DNA from: Candidatus Eiseniibacteriota bacterium
GTDB taxonomy: Bacteria; Eisenbacteria; RBG-16-71-46
Length of the DNA: 64,000 bases
NCBI GenBank assembly: GCA_044223005.1
Contig: JBGAML010000013.1
Location: forward strand, 72,489 to 136,488
Direction of reading: 5' to 3'
Positions 1 to 9,993 of this stretch are shown here, piece after piece. The translations under genes were made by a program, and so were the position numbers. The notes under the pieces were generated by a model. It had not been told where the DNA came from. It saw only the letters and a program-made list of their open reading frames with translations, and made no database searches. Position 1 is the stretch's first letter. Each line of letters opens with the position of its first letter.

Positions 1-1773
1 GAAGGCGGTGTTCACCAGGCCCTGCTGCTTGAGCTTCTGCTGGCGGCGGCGCTGCAGCAGCACGCGTGCGAACTCGGGCGTCTCGCCCTGCGCTTCGGCC
101 GCGGCGCAGCCGGGGCAGAGGGCGTTCTCGCGGCGGCGCTGCGCGCAGCGGCGGCAGACCGTGTCGCCGCAGTTGCTGCAGACGCGCAGGTGGAGCCGGC
201 GGTGCTGCACGAGGCCGAAGCCGATCCCGAGCGCGGCGACGAGCAGCGCCACGACGCTGAAGATCCAGCCCGACGTTTCCAGCTTGGAGCGCAGCGCGAG
301 CGGCAGGCTGCCCGCGGCTTCGCGCGGCAGCGGCGCGGTGCGCAGCGCGTCCCAGAAGATCTTCGGCTCGAGCCACTGGTCGATCAGCGGCAGGAGCCCG
401 TCGGCCGTCGCCGACGCCTGGTAGGTGCGGACGAGTTCGAAGTTGAGCGCCGACGCCTTGGAGAGGGCGTCCGTGGCGGCCTGGTAGTCGAACCGCTGGG
501 TGTGGATCTGCGACGCGTTGAACCACGCGGCGGCGTCGGCCGGGTTGGCCTGCTGCGCGCGCTGGTAGCACTGGAGCGCGTCGGCGCCCCGGCCCTGCAT
601 CGCGAGCACGTTGCCGAGGTTGTTCCATGCGCGATCGTTCTGCGGCCACGCCTCCAGGACGCGGCGGTAGGCCGCCTCGGCCTCCGCGAGGTGGTTGCCC
701 CGGCGCGCGGTCCACGCGAGCCCGAACTCGAGCAGCGGGCTTCCCGGCTGGCGAGCGGCGAGGTTCGCGAGACGGGTCTCGCGCTCGGGCGCGTAGGGCG
801 CGTTCTCCATCGCCGGCACCGCGTAGAAGGGCGCCGACTCCTCATGCAGCGGCAGCGCGAATCGCTCGGCGACCCCGATCGCGAACGGCATCGAGACGAC
901 GGCCGCGAGCAGGAGGATGAACAGCGTGCGCTCGCGCCCGTTCAGGTTCGGCCAGAGATAGGCGAGGAAGCCGACCGTGGGCAGCGTGACGCCGAAGCCG
1001 GCGACGTAGGGCAGGCCGAGCAGCGCGATCGCCCACCAGCGGGCCCCGCGACGAGTGCCGAAGCGCGCGAGGCTCTCGCGCCAGACGTGGGTGAGCTTGT
1101 AGCGCTTGAGCCACACGAGCAGCAGCCCCGCGAGGAGCAGCCCCATGAACAGGCCCTCGGTCCCGATCAGGAACGCGTTGGCCGCGAGCTCGAGCTGGAG
1201 GCGGAAGTTCGCGCGCAACTGCTCGAGCACGATCGCGTAGTGCTGCAGCGCCTGCCCGGGTTCGCGCGTCAGCAGCCACGCCGCCATCGTGAGGTGCGGT
1301 TCCACGAACGCCGGATCGAGTTCGGCGGCGCCGCGAACGTCGACGAGCGCCTCCTCGTCCTGGCCAGCCTGCTTGGCGATCAGGCCGTGACGGTAGAAGA
1401 GGCGGGCCTCGACGGGGAGCGAGGCGATGTGGCGCGCCGCGCGGTACGCCGTCCAGTCGTTCACGTGGCGCAGGTCGTGCGGCGGCTCGACCGGGGGCGC
1501 GACCTTGGCGGTGGAACCGGCGTGGGACCCGATGGCGGGCACCGGACGGCTCGGCGCGGCCAGCGGCGTCGCCTGGTTGGGCGTCGCCGCGAGGATGGTC
1601 GGGTCGGAAACCGCGCTGTCGGGGGACGCAAGGTTCGCCCGGGCCGCGCCCGGGAGGAGCGCGATGGCCGCGATGGCGAGGAACGCCCACGCGAGGACGC
1701 GTTCACGCGTCGAGACGTGGCCGTTCATGCGCGGTGCGGTGGGCATGGGTCGAGGATGGGACCGGTGGTGCAT
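1..1773 (-). CDS. TPR-containing membrane protein with Cys-rich (zinc-finger-like) C-terminal region; 3' end runs off the window
   Basis: Manual translation, absent from the ORF track because it has no stop in the window. In-frame ATGs at 1773, 1746 and 1728. Signal-like stretch VLAWAFLAIAAIALLPGAARA, several TM segments, TPR motifs (AEAAYRRVLEAWPQNDRAWNNLGNVLAMQG), and CSNC-x4-CRRC-x9-CPGC near 110-190. Confidence 0.8.
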   Translation of the reverse strand, partial: MHHRSHPRPMPTAPRMNGHVSTRERVLAWAFLAIAAIALLPGAARANLASPDSAVSDPTILAATPNQATPLAAPSRPVPAIGSHAGSTAKVAPPVEPPHDLRHVNDWTAYRAARHIASLPVEARLFYRHGLIAKQAGQDEEALVDVRGAAELDPAFVEPHLTMAAWLLTREPGQALQHYAIVLEQLRANFRLQLELAANAFLIGTEGLFMGLLLAGLLLVWLKRYKLTHVWRESLARFGTRRGARWWAIALLGLPYVAGFGVTLPTVGFLAYLWPNLNGRERTLFILLLAAVVSMPFAIGVAERFALPLHEESAPFYAVPAMENAPYAPERETRLANLAARQPGSPLLEFGLAWTARRGNHLAEAEAAYRRVLEAWPQNDRAWNNLGNVLAMQGRGADALQCYQRAQQANPADAAAWFNASQIHTQRFDYQAATDALSKASALNFELVRTYQASATADGLLPLIDQWLEPKIFWDALRTAPLPREAAGSLPLALRSKLETSGWIFSVVALLVAALGIGFGLVQHRRLHLRVCSNCGDTVCRRCAQRRRENALCPGCAAAEAQGETPEFARVLLQRRRQQKLKQQGLVNTAF

Positions 1774-1777
1774 TCCC

Positions 1778-1806
1778 TTGACACTCCGGGTGCTCGCTCC
1801 TAACTT
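1778..1806 (+). promoter_or_regulatory. sigma70-type promoter for asnS
   Basis: TTGACA-17 nt-TAACTT. Confidence 0.65.
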
Positions 1807-1956
1807 GCGGCGCGATCATGAAATGATATCGGCGCCCTCGCGCCGGACCTTGAGAAACAACTCCGCCCCGGATTCCGGCCACTTCGGGGGTCTTTCGACC
1901 CCGGCGCGGAAGCGGGGCGTTCGCATGGGGCGGCGGTGCCCGCCCCGGGAGCTGCC

Positions 1957-3273
1957 ATGAGCGACGTCGTCTCCGTCAACGCCCCCTGGATCCGCATCCG
2001 CGACGCCGCGTCCCACGTCGGCGAGGCCGTCGAGATCCGCGGCTGGGTGACCCACCGCCGGTCCAGCGGCAAGATCCAGTTCATCGTCGTGCGCGACGGC
2101 AGCGGTGAGATGCAGTGCGTCGCCGGCGTCCGGGACCTGCCCGCCGAGCAGTGGGAGGCCAGCCAGGCGATCACGCAGGAAAGCGCCGTCGTCCTGCGCG
2201 GCACGCTCAAGGCGGACGCGCGCCAGGTCGGCGGGGTCGAACTGGGCATCCAGTCGCTCGCGGTCGTATCGGTGGCGGCCGAGTACCCGATCAGCCCCAA
2301 GGAGCACGGCGTCGACTTCCTCATGGACCACCGGCACCTGTGGCTGCGCTCGTCGCGCCAGCAGGCGGCCCTGCGGATCCGCGCCGAGATCGTGGCCGCG
2401 TTCCGCGAGTTCATGAACGCGGAGGGCTTCATCCTCGTCGACGCGCCGATCTTCACGCCGAGCGCGTGCGAGGGCACGACGACGCTCTTCGAGACGCAGT
2501 ATTTCGACGACAAGGCGTACTTGACGCAGAGCGGCCAGCTCTACATGGAGGCCGCCGCGATGGCGTTCGGCCGCGTGTATTGCTTCGGACCCGCGTTCCG
2601 CGCCGAGAAGAGCAAGACGCGCCGGCACCTGATCGAGTTCTGGATGATGGAGCCCGAGTGGGCGTTCGCGACGCTCGAGGACGTCATCGCGCTCGAGGAG
2701 CGGCTGCTGGTCGCGACCGTCCAGCGCGTGCTGGAGCGCCGCGGCGAGGACCTGAAGGTGCTCGAACGCGACACGACGAAGCTCGAGCGCGTGCAGGGCC
2801 CGTTCCCCCGCATCCACTACGACGACGCCGTGAAGATGCTGCACGACGCCGGACTGCCGTTCGAGTACGGCAACGATTTCGGGGCGCCCGACGAGACCGA
2901 GCTCTCCGGCCGCTACGACACGCCCATCTTCGTCACGAACTACCCGGCGGCGGTGAAGGCGTTCTACATGGAACCGGATCCCGCGAACCCGCAGCTCAGC
3001 CTCTCGTGCGACTGTCTCGCCCCGGAAGGCTATGGCGAGATCATCGGGGGAGGGCAGCGCATGTCCTCGCTCGACCTGCTGACGCGCCGCATCGACGAGC
3101 ACGGGCTGCCGCAGGAGGCGTTCGAGTGGTACAAGGACCTGCGCCGCTACGGCTCGGTCCCGCACGCCGGCTTCGGGATCGGCGTCGAGCGCACCCTGGC
3201 CTGGATCGCCGGCCTGGACCACGTCCGCGAGAGCATCCCGTTCCCGCGGATGCTGTACCGACTGACGCCCTGA
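1957..3273 (+). CDS. asnS: asparagine--tRNA ligase
   Basis: N-terminal OB fold ([15 protein letters not shown]), [32 protein letters not shown] and [14 protein letters not shown] motifs. ATG 1957 follows GGGAG. Confidence 0.96.
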   Translation: MSDVVSVNAPWIRIRDAASHVGEAVEIRGWVTHRRSSGKIQFIVVRDGSGEMQCVAGVRDLPAEQWEASQAITQESAVVLRGTLKADARQVGGVELGIQSLAVVSVAAEYPISPKEHGVDFLMDHRHLWLRSSRQQAALRIRAEIVAAFREFMNAEGFILVDAPIFTPSACEGTTTLFETQYFDDKAYLTQSGQLYMEAAAMAFGRVYCFGPAFRAEKSKTRRHLIEFWMMEPEWAFATLEDVIALEERLLVATVQRVLERRGEDLKVLERDTTKLERVQGPFPRIHYDDAVKMLHDAGLPFEYGNDFGAPDETELSGRYDTPIFVTNYPAAVKAFYMEPDPANPQLSLSCDCLAPEGYGEIIGGGQRMSSLDLLTRRIDEHGLPQEAFEWYKDLRRYGSVPHAGFGIGVERTLAWIAGLDHVRESIPFPRMLYRLTP

Positions 3274-3360
3274 CGGCGCGGCCGGCCCCGGTCCCCGGCG
3301 GGAGCCGGGGCTGCGGCGCCGTCGCGTCGCCCGTCGCGGTTCTGCCCGGGGCACGGATTC

Positions 3361-3480
3361 TTGACACCCCGGGGGGCGCTTCCTAGGCTGCGTCGCCCGC
3401 TCACCGCGGGCGCCCCGTCCCCCGGCGGCCGCTCGGCCGCAACCGCAGGATTGACATGGCTCGGAGCGGCTTCCTACACT
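3361..3480 (+). promoter_or_regulatory. tandem sigma70-type promoters upstream of the TonB locus
   Basis: TTGACA-17-TAGGCT (3361-3389) and TTGACA-18-TACACT (3451-3480). Confidence 0.6.
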
Positions 3481-3515
3481 TCTCGTACTTCGTAGGCTGG
3501 AGCGCCGGGAGGTTC

Positions 3516-4421
3516 ATGCGATCACCGGCCGTGCTCCTGTTGGCGTGCGCCCTGCTTTCCCTACCCGGGTGCACGGGGCGGTCCCCACGACAGGTGGAAG
3601 ATTCCGAGACCAGTGGGCGTATCCGGATCGTGTGCGTGCCGGAGGCGCGGCTCCTCATGGAGCGCGAGTCGGCGGCCTTCCGGACGGCCTATCCGGAGGC
3701 GGCGTTCGAGCTCGCCGAGGGAACGTCGCGGGACGCGGTGACCCAGCTGCTCGAGCAGCGCGCCGACATGGCGGTGCTGACGCGAGAGCTGGAGCCGGAG
3801 GAGCGAAGCGTGATGGTCAAGGGTGGGATGGAACTCGAGGGCTACCGGTTCGCCCGGGACGCGATCGTCGTGATCGTGAATCCCGTGAACCGGCTCGAGA
3901 ACATCGCCGCCGACGACCTGCGCCGCATCTACCGCGGAGAGGTGACGGACTGGAGCGAACTCGGCGGACGCCCGGGGGCGATCGAGCCCGTGGTGCCGGC
4001 GCCCGAGAGCGACCGGATGGCCGCGTTCGTGCAACGGGTGATGGGTGGCGATCCGCCGACGGCGCCCGCCGCACGCGCGGACTCGGATTCCGGCGTCGTG
4101 GCGCGGGTGCTGCGGACGCCGGGCGCGATCGGGTTCGTGTCGATGCGCTGGGCCGACCGCGGTGCGAAGGCGCTGCGGGTCGCGACGCTGGCGGGGCTGC
4201 CGTACTGGAAGGCGGACCCCGAGAACGTGTACAAGGGGCAGTATCCTCTCGCGCGCTACTGCAACATGTACGTGCGCGCCGGAGGCTCCAAGCTGGCCAA
4301 TGGGCTCGTGACCTGGGTCTCGAGCCTCGACGGACAGAAGATCGTGCACGAGGCGGGCCTCGTGCCGGCGGCGGTGCCGGTTCGTTTCGCCCGACGTTCC
4401 CCGATGCTGGGCAGTCACTGA
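3516..4421 (+). CDS. PstS-like substrate-binding lipoprotein (PBP-like domain)
   Basis: Lipobox LPGC. ARDAIVVIVNP, LRRIYRGEVTDWSELGG, PGAIGFVS and YPLAR are PstS-family motifs. ATG 3516 follows GGAGG. Confidence 0.82.
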   Translation: MRSPAVLLLACALLSLPGCTGRSPRQVEDSETSGRIRIVCVPEARLLMERESAAFRTAYPEAAFELAEGTSRDAVTQLLEQRADMAVLTRELEPEERSVMVKGGMELEGYRFARDAIVVIVNPVNRLENIAADDLRRIYRGEVTDWSELGGRPGAIEPVVPAPESDRMAAFVQRVMGGDPPTAPAARADSDSGVVARVLRTPGAIGFVSMRWADRGAKALRVATLAGLPYWKADPENVYKGQYPLARYCNMYVRAGGSKLANGLVTWVSSLDGQKIVHEAGLVPAAVPVRFARRSPMLGSH

Positions 4422-4443
4422 GAGGAGTGCAGAGCACGACGCC

Positions 4444-6225
4444 ATGAACGCCATTTCTCGCAGACGCGAATGGATCCGTCCCCTGGGTCGCCTCATGATC
4501 GCGCTGGTGCTGGCCGCGTCGTGTGCGGTGAGCGCGCACGCCGACGACCTCAAGGACGCGCGGGCCGCGCTCGCGGCCGGCGATCTCGACCAGGCGCAGA
4601 AGCTGTTCGAGCGCGTGGCCGCGCAGGGTTTCGCGGAAGGGCGCGCGGGGGTGGGGCAGGTGCTGCTGCGCCGCCACGACTACACCGGAGCGACCGAGGC
4701 CTTCGAGAAGGCGCAGAAGATGGACGGCAACCTCGCGATCGCGTGGTACGGCCTGGGCGAAGTGCATCGCCGCCAGGACGACTTCGCGGGCGCGCTGCCG
4801 TTCCTGCAGAAGGCGACCGACCTCGACCGCAAGTTCCCCGAGGCGCAGCTCGCGCTCGGCGACGTGCTCGTGCAGCTCAAGCGCTACGACGAGGCCATCG
4901 CCGCGCTCAACCCGGGGCTGAACTGGGGCGTCAAGTGGAAGCCGCGATTCCTCGTGGCCCTCGGCCAGGTGGAAATGGGCCGGGATTCGCTGCGCGACGC
5001 GGGCATCTACTTCACGCAGGCGCAGCAGGCGGCGCCCGACGACCCGCTGACGAACCGCGCGCTCGGTGACTTCTACCTCAAGCGCGGCATCGGCTCGCTG
5101 GCGATCCCGTCGTACCAGAAGGCCGTCGAACTGGACACGAGCGACGTCGAGCTGCGCTACGCGCTCGGCCAGGCGCTCTACTACGACCAGCAGTACAACG
5201 ACGCCCTCGAGCGCTTCAAGGAGGTCGCCGAGCGCGACCCCATGTTCGCCCCGGGCCAGCTGGCGCTCGGCAACCTGTACTACCTCTCGGGCCCGCACGA
5301 TGCCCGGCGCTACGAGGACGCGAAGCCGTACCTCGAGAAGTACACGCAGCTGATGCCGAAGGACCCCAAGGGCTGGAGCCTGCTCGGTCGCGACCTGTAC
5401 TTCCTCAAGCAGCGCGAGGACGCCGTCGCCGCCATGCAGAAGGCGGCCGACCTCGGCGAGAAGTCGAAGGAGATGTACACGATCCTGGGCCGCTGCAAGG
5501 TGGAGCAGAAGGACTGGGACGGGGCGCTGGCCGCCTACGCCAAGGGCGAACCGAACTCCACCGACCAGCTCAAGATCGGCCAGATGTTCGTGTTCAAGGG
5601 CAGCCTGCCGCAGGCGGATTCGGTCTATCGCTCGATGGTGGACCGGGATTCGGCGTCGTGGGAAGGCAAGTTCGCCATGGTCGAGTTGGGCAAGCTCCGG
5701 TTCCGGGAGAAGGACTACCCGGCGACGGTCGCCACGATGCAGCGGCGAATCGCGCTTGACCCGAACTCGGACGAGGCTTACTACTACATGGGCTTGTCCT
5801 ATAACGAGATGAAGCAGCTTCCGGACGCCGTGGGAGCGCTGCGGCAGGCGACGCTGCTGGCACCGACGAAGGCCGAACGCCACTTCCGGCTCGGCCTCGT
5901 GCTCGCGAGCATGGATTCGCTCGCGGAATCCGACCAGGAATTCCAACAGACGGTTGCGCTGGACTCGACGAGTACCAGCGCGGCGCTCGCTTGGCGGCAG
6001 CTCGGCTACCGCGAACTGCTGAAGAAGAACTGGGGCCCCGCGACGGAGTTGCTCGAGAATTCCTGGCGGGTGAACCCGAAGGACTGCCAGACGGGTGTCT
6101 GGCTCGCGCAGGGTCACGCCAACGCCGGCAACCGGGCGAAGGCGGTGGAAATCTTCAAGAAGGTCCTCGAGTCGTGCCCCGGCAACGCGGATGCGACGAA
6201 GGGGCTGAAGCAACTCGGGAATTGA
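4444..6225 (+). CDS. exported tetratricopeptide repeat protein
   Basis: Signal peptide (AHA cleavage site) followed by many TPR repeats. Confidence 0.9.
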   Translation: MNAISRRREWIRPLGRLMIALVLAASCAVSAHADDLKDARAALAAGDLDQAQKLFERVAAQGFAEGRAGVGQVLLRRHDYTGATEAFEKAQKMDGNLAIAWYGLGEVHRRQDDFAGALPFLQKATDLDRKFPEAQLALGDVLVQLKRYDEAIAALNPGLNWGVKWKPRFLVALGQVEMGRDSLRDAGIYFTQAQQAAPDDPLTNRALGDFYLKRGIGSLAIPSYQKAVELDTSDVELRYALGQALYYDQQYNDALERFKEVAERDPMFAPGQLALGNLYYLSGPHDARRYEDAKPYLEKYTQLMPKDPKGWSLLGRDLYFLKQREDAVAAMQKAADLGEKSKEMYTILGRCKVEQKDWDGALAAYAKGEPNSTDQLKIGQMFVFKGSLPQADSVYRSMVDRDSASWEGKFAMVELGKLRFREKDYPATVATMQRRIALDPNSDEAYYYMGLSYNEMKQLPDAVGALRQATLLAPTKAERHFRLGLVLASMDSLAESDQEFQQTVALDSTSTSAALAWRQLGYRELLKKNWGPATELLENSWRVNPKDCQTGVWLAQGHANAGNRAKAVEIFKKVLESCPGNADATKGLKQLGN

Positions 6226-6302
6226 CGGGCCCGTCGGGCCCGGCACCACGTGGTACCGGGCCCGATGACGGGCAGCCCCGGTGGCATGCACGGAGGGACG
6301 GG

Positions 6303-6659
6303 ATGGCAACGTTGAAGAGTCGGCAGGTCGGTACCATCACGATCCTCACTCCCCGGGGATACCTGACCGGCGGCGAGGAAACGGACGAACTCGAGAAGGC
6401 CATCAAGCAGCTCAGCGAGGACGGCAACAAGCACCTCGTGATCAACCTGAGCGAGGCGCAGCACCTGAACTCGACGGCGCTGGGCACGCTCATCCAGGCG
6501 CATTCCAACTACGTGCGCCGGGGCGGCCAGATGAAGCTGGCGGCGGTGGACAAGCGCATCGAGAACATCTTCGTCATCACCAAGCTGTCGCTGGTGTTCG
6601 ACGTGTATCCGACGGAAGAACAGGCCATCGCGAGCTTCGCCGAGCGCGAGTCGGTCTGA
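6303..6659 (+). CDS. STAS-domain anti-sigma factor antagonist
   Basis: LVINLSEAQHLNSTALGTL, IENIFVITKLSLVFDVYPTEEQAIASF. SD GGAGG upstream. Confidence 0.88.
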   Translation: MATLKSRQVGTITILTPRGYLTGGEETDELEKAIKQLSEDGNKHLVINLSEAQHLNSTALGTLIQAHSNYVRRGGQMKLAAVDKRIENIFVITKLSLVFDVYPTEEQAIASFAERESV

Positions 6660-6692
6660 ACCACCCTTCGACCCCGAGAGAAAGGACTGGCG

Positions 6693-7043
6693 ATGGCCGT
6701 GAGCCGCAAGCAGGTCCGCAGCATCACCGTTCTTTCCCTGAAGGGGCGCTTCTTCGGTGACCGCGAGACGGACGAACTGGAGAAGGCGATCATGGACGAG
6801 GCGGCTTCGGGCAACACGCGCCTCGTCCTGAACATGAGCGAGTGCGAGGCCCTGAACTCGGTGGGACTCGGAACGCTCATGCGTGGCTACGCGAACTACA
6901 AGGGCCGTGGCGGAGAGATCAAGCTGTGCGGGCTGGGCAAGCGGCTCAAGGATCTCTTCACCATGACCAAGCTGATCTTCGTCTTCGACCACCACGATTC
7001 CGAGGAGCTCGCGCTCGCGGCATTCGCGGAGGTCGGATCCTGA
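6693..7043 (+). CDS. STAS-domain anti-sigma factor antagonist (second copy)
   Basis: LVLNMSECEALNSVGLGTL...GGEIKLCGL...LFTMTKL. Shares ETDELEKAI with the upstream copy. Confidence 0.88.
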   Translation: MAVSRKQVRSITVLSLKGRFFGDRETDELEKAIMDEAASGNTRLVLNMSECEALNSVGLGTLMRGYANYKGRGGEIKLCGLGKRLKDLFTMTKLIFVFDHHDSEELALAAFAEVGS

Positions 7044-7201
7044 ACCCCGCCTGACCGGGTCGGGGAGTCGTTGCAGCTGGAGCAGCTGGTCCGGAGCCTC
7101 ATGCTTCCGCGACCCGGGCGGCCGGGGAACACCCGACTGCTGACCGTTCGATTGCGATCCGCGCGTGCCGCGGGCCGCGCTGATGGAGGGAAGACACCGC
7201 A

Positions 7202-7942
7202 ATGAACCGATTCATCGTCCCGATCTTCTTCGCGCTCGCCGTCGCGGTTTCGATCACGGTGTGGTGGAACCTGCCCGCGCTGGGCCCGCTCGGCAAGCAG
7301 ATGAAGGAAGGTGGACCGCTCGTGTCCATGCTGATCCTGCTGCTGATCCTGCAGGTCACCTTCGTGCTGGAGCGTATCTGGAGCCTCAACAAGGCGAAGG
7401 GCAAGGGCTCGCTGCCGGACTTCCTCAACAACGTGCGCAAGAAGATCCAGGCGAAGGACGTCGAAGGGGCCATCAAGCTCTGCGCGCAGCAGCGCGGCTC
7501 GGCGGCGAACGTCATGCGCGCCGGTCTCGAGCGTTACAACCTGATGCTCGCGGAAGGTGCCCCGAAGGACAAGATCGTCGCCGAGACGCAGGCGGCCATC
7601 CAGGAGGCCAACGGCCTCGAAGTGCCGCTCCTCGAGCGCAACCTGATCGCGCTTTCGACGATCGCGTCGATCTCGACGATGGTCGGCCTTCTCGGAACGG
7701 TCGTCGGCATGATCCGATCGTTCGCCGCCCTCGGCCACACGGGCGCCGTCGACGCGACCAAGCTCGCCGTCGGTATCTCCGAAGCGCTCATCAACACGGC
7801 CGGCGGCCTGATCGTCGCCATCCTCGGCATCGTCATGTACAACGTGTTCGTGACGCGCGTGGACGGCTTCAACTACATGATGGACGAGGCGTCGTACGAG
7901 GCCGTGCAGCTCCTCGCCGCGAGCGCGTCCGACAAGAAGTAG
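7202..7942 (+). CDS. exbB: MotA/TolQ/ExbB proton channel protein
   Basis: LSTIASISTMVGLLGTVVGMIRSF...GISEALINTAGGLIVAI. Confidence 0.92.
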   Translation: MNRFIVPIFFALAVAVSITVWWNLPALGPLGKQMKEGGPLVSMLILLLILQVTFVLERIWSLNKAKGKGSLPDFLNNVRKKIQAKDVEGAIKLCAQQRGSAANVMRAGLERYNLMLAEGAPKDKIVAETQAAIQEANGLEVPLLERNLIALSTIASISTMVGLLGTVVGMIRSFAALGHTGAVDATKLAVGISEALINTAGGLIVAILGIVMYNVFVTRVDGFNYMMDEASYEAVQLLAASASDKK

Positions 7943-7960
7943 ACAGGGGAGGACGAGCCC

Positions 7961-8467
7961 ATGCTCAAGAAGATGCGCCGCATCGGCATCGCCATCGACA
8001 TGACGCCGATGGTCGATGTGGCGTTCCTCCTGCTGATCTTCTTCATGTGTACGACCCAGTTCAAGCCACCGGAGAAGGACAAGATCACCCTCCCGGACTC
8101 GAACTCCAACGCGAAGTCTCCCGAGTCGCAGATCATCACCGTGGCCGTCACCGCGCCCAAGCCGGAGAACAACAACGTCTCCGTCGTGCGCGTCACGTGG
8201 CGCCAGGGTGGCCAGGAAGTCGAGAAGATCCTCGGGCCCGACGAGGTGAAGGACCAGCTCGGCAACGTGCTGGGTACCGCCCGCGCCGCGAGCCCGACCT
8301 CTCGAATGCTCGTCAAGATGGACAAGGACGCGCAGTTCGGCGTCATGTCCGACATGATGGGCGCCTTCCAGTCGGCCAACGCGACCCGGTTCAACGTACA
8401 GACCAACCTGGCCATGGGTGGCGGCGCGTTCAAGCGCGGCGCGGCCCCGGGCGCAGCCGCGAAGTGA
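7961..8467 (+). CDS. exbD: biopolymer transporter ExbD/TolR
   Basis: IDMTPMVDVAFLLLIFFM TM segment with the conserved Asp. Confidence 0.9.
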   Translation: MLKKMRRIGIAIDMTPMVDVAFLLLIFFMCTTQFKPPEKDKITLPDSNSNAKSPESQIITVAVTAPKPENNNVSVVRVTWRQGGQEVEKILGPDEVKDQLGNVLGTARAASPTSRMLVKMDKDAQFGVMSDMMGAFQSANATRFNVQTNLAMGGGAFKRGAAPGAAAK

Positions 8468-8499
8468 GCCGCGCCAGCCAACGCCGGAGGTGATTTTCT

Positions 8500-9003
8500 A
8501 TGGGTGCAGTCGACACCCCACAACCCAGAAGTGGTGGCGGTAAGAAGGGCAAGGGCTTCCATCGTCCCAAGCGTCGCGTCGGTGTGCGCATCGACATGAC
8601 GCCGATGGTGGACGTCGCCTTCCTGCTGCTGATCTTCTTCATGGTCACGACGGTGTTCCGCACACCGCAGGCCTTGGAGATCAACCTGCCGCCCGACAAC
8701 CAGACGCCTGCCCCGATCGCCGAGTCGAAGATCCTCCAGCTTCGCGTGCTCGGCGAGGACAAGGTGTTCTGGAAGCGGGGACCGAAGGAAGATCCCTGGG
8801 TCCACACGAGCATCACCGGCTTGAACGACGTGCTCAAGCCGCTCGCGAACAACGACAACATCGTGGTCCTCATCAACATCGACCGCGAGGCGAAGTTCAA
8901 CAACATGGTCAGCATCATCGACCAGTTGGACCTGGCCCACCTGGGCCGGTTCTCGATCCTCGAACTGACGCCGAAGGACAAGGCTGAGGTGGAGAAACTG
9001 TGA
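8500..9003 (+). CDS. exbD: biopolymer transporter ExbD/TolR (second copy)
   Basis: IDMTPMVDVAFLLLIFFMVTT. Confidence 0.9.
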   Translation: MGAVDTPQPRSGGGKKGKGFHRPKRRVGVRIDMTPMVDVAFLLLIFFMVTTVFRTPQALEINLPPDNQTPAPIAESKILQLRVLGEDKVFWKRGPKEDPWVHTSITGLNDVLKPLANNDNIVVLINIDREAKFNNMVSIIDQLDLAHLGRFSILELTPKDKAEVEKL

Positions 9004-9722
9004 GCGCGCCCAAGATCGCACTCTACGAGTTCATGCCCTACGGGGCCCCGGAACTCCTCGAGGTCAGCAAGAAGTACATCACCCGTGCCCTGACGGTCGC
9101 GATGTCGGGCCTCGTGATCATCTTCCTCGTCCTCCTGGGTATCGGGCTCTACCTCGCCAACCGGCCCAAGGAGACGAGCACGATCGTGGTGCCGTACCGC
9201 GAGCTCGCGGCCCCGCCGCCGCTCACGGACGCGCCGCCGCCTCCGAAGGTGCAGGTCACGACGCAGGTCGCGCCGCCCGCCGCGGCCGTTCCGGTCCCCG
9301 TGCCGGACGCCGAAGCGCCGACGGAGCAGAAGATCGCTTCGCAGGAAGAGCTTTCGCAGGCGAGCCCCGGAGTCAGCACCGAAGGTTCGGGCGACAACAT
9401 CGTCGTCCAGCCGCCCTCCGAGGAAGAGCTGCCGAAGTTCGGCGAGTACGTCTACGTCGAGGAGCTGCCCGAAGCCGTGACGAAGGTCGCACCCGTCTAT
9501 CCGGACATCGCGCGCGAAGCGGGCGTGGACGGCCAGGTGATGGTGCAGGCGCTCGTCGGCAAGGACGGTCACGTGAAGGACGTGCGCGTGGTGAAGAGCA
9601 TCCCCATGCTGGACGCCGCCGCCATCGCGGCGGTGAAGGGGTGGGTGTTCAAGCCGGCGCTCAGCAACAACAAGCCGGTCGCCGTGTGGGTCGCGGTGCC
9701 GGTGAAGTTCAGCCTGCACTAG
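9000..9722 (+). CDS. tonB: energy transducer TonB
   Basis: N-terminal TM, Pro-rich linker, C-terminal PVYPDIAREAGVDGQV...WVFKPA...VPVKF. Confidence 0.9.
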   Translation: MSAPKIALYEFMPYGAPELLEVSKKYITRALTVAMSGLVIIFLVLLGIGLYLANRPKETSTIVVPYRELAAPPPLTDAPPPPKVQVTTQVAPPAAAVPVPVPDAEAPTEQKIASQEELSQASPGVSTEGSGDNIVVQPPSEEELPKFGEYVYVEELPEAVTKVAPVYPDIAREAGVDGQVMVQALVGKDGHVKDVRVVKSIPMLDAAAIAAVKGWVFKPALSNNKPVAVWVAVPVKFSLH

Positions 9723-9745
9723 CGGCACCCAGGCGATCCGTCGGA

Positions 9746-9788
9746 CGGGCGTGCGATCCGCGAGGATCGCACGCCCGCTTCGCTTTTC
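9746..9788 (+). terminator. probable intrinsic terminator after tonB
   Basis: Perfect 14-bp stem CGGGCGTGCGATCC-GCGA-GGATCGCACGCCCG followed by CTTCGCTTTT. Confidence 0.7.
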
Positions 9789-9912
9789 GGCGGGCGGGCC
9801 GCGCCGCCGCCGTCCGGCGATCCCGGGGCGAGTGCGTGGGCGAGCGGGACGTCGCCTGCCGCGTCCCGGCCCGCGCCCGGGTGGGCTTTTCCCGCGCCGG
9901 TCCGGGGTGCAT

Positions 9913-9941
9913 TTGACCACCCCGAATGCACTCCCTACCTT
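9913..9941 (+). promoter_or_regulatory. sigma70-type promoter for the exporter operon
   Basis: TTGACC-17-TACCTT. Confidence 0.55.
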
Positions 9942-9993
9942 GGCACTGAGAGCCCTTCCTGCCCCCCCTTGCCGTCCCTTCCGAGGAGTCGCC

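Noticed and set aside
190..1803. 537-aa + strand ORF, and the many other long Arg/Ala/Pro-rich ORFs in the track
   Set aside because: These are shadow frames of real genes in high-GC DNA.
1813..1956. Long asnS leader with a hairpin, possible T-box
   Set aside because: No T-box consensus (GGTGGNACCGCG) or terminator/antiterminator, and it is too short.
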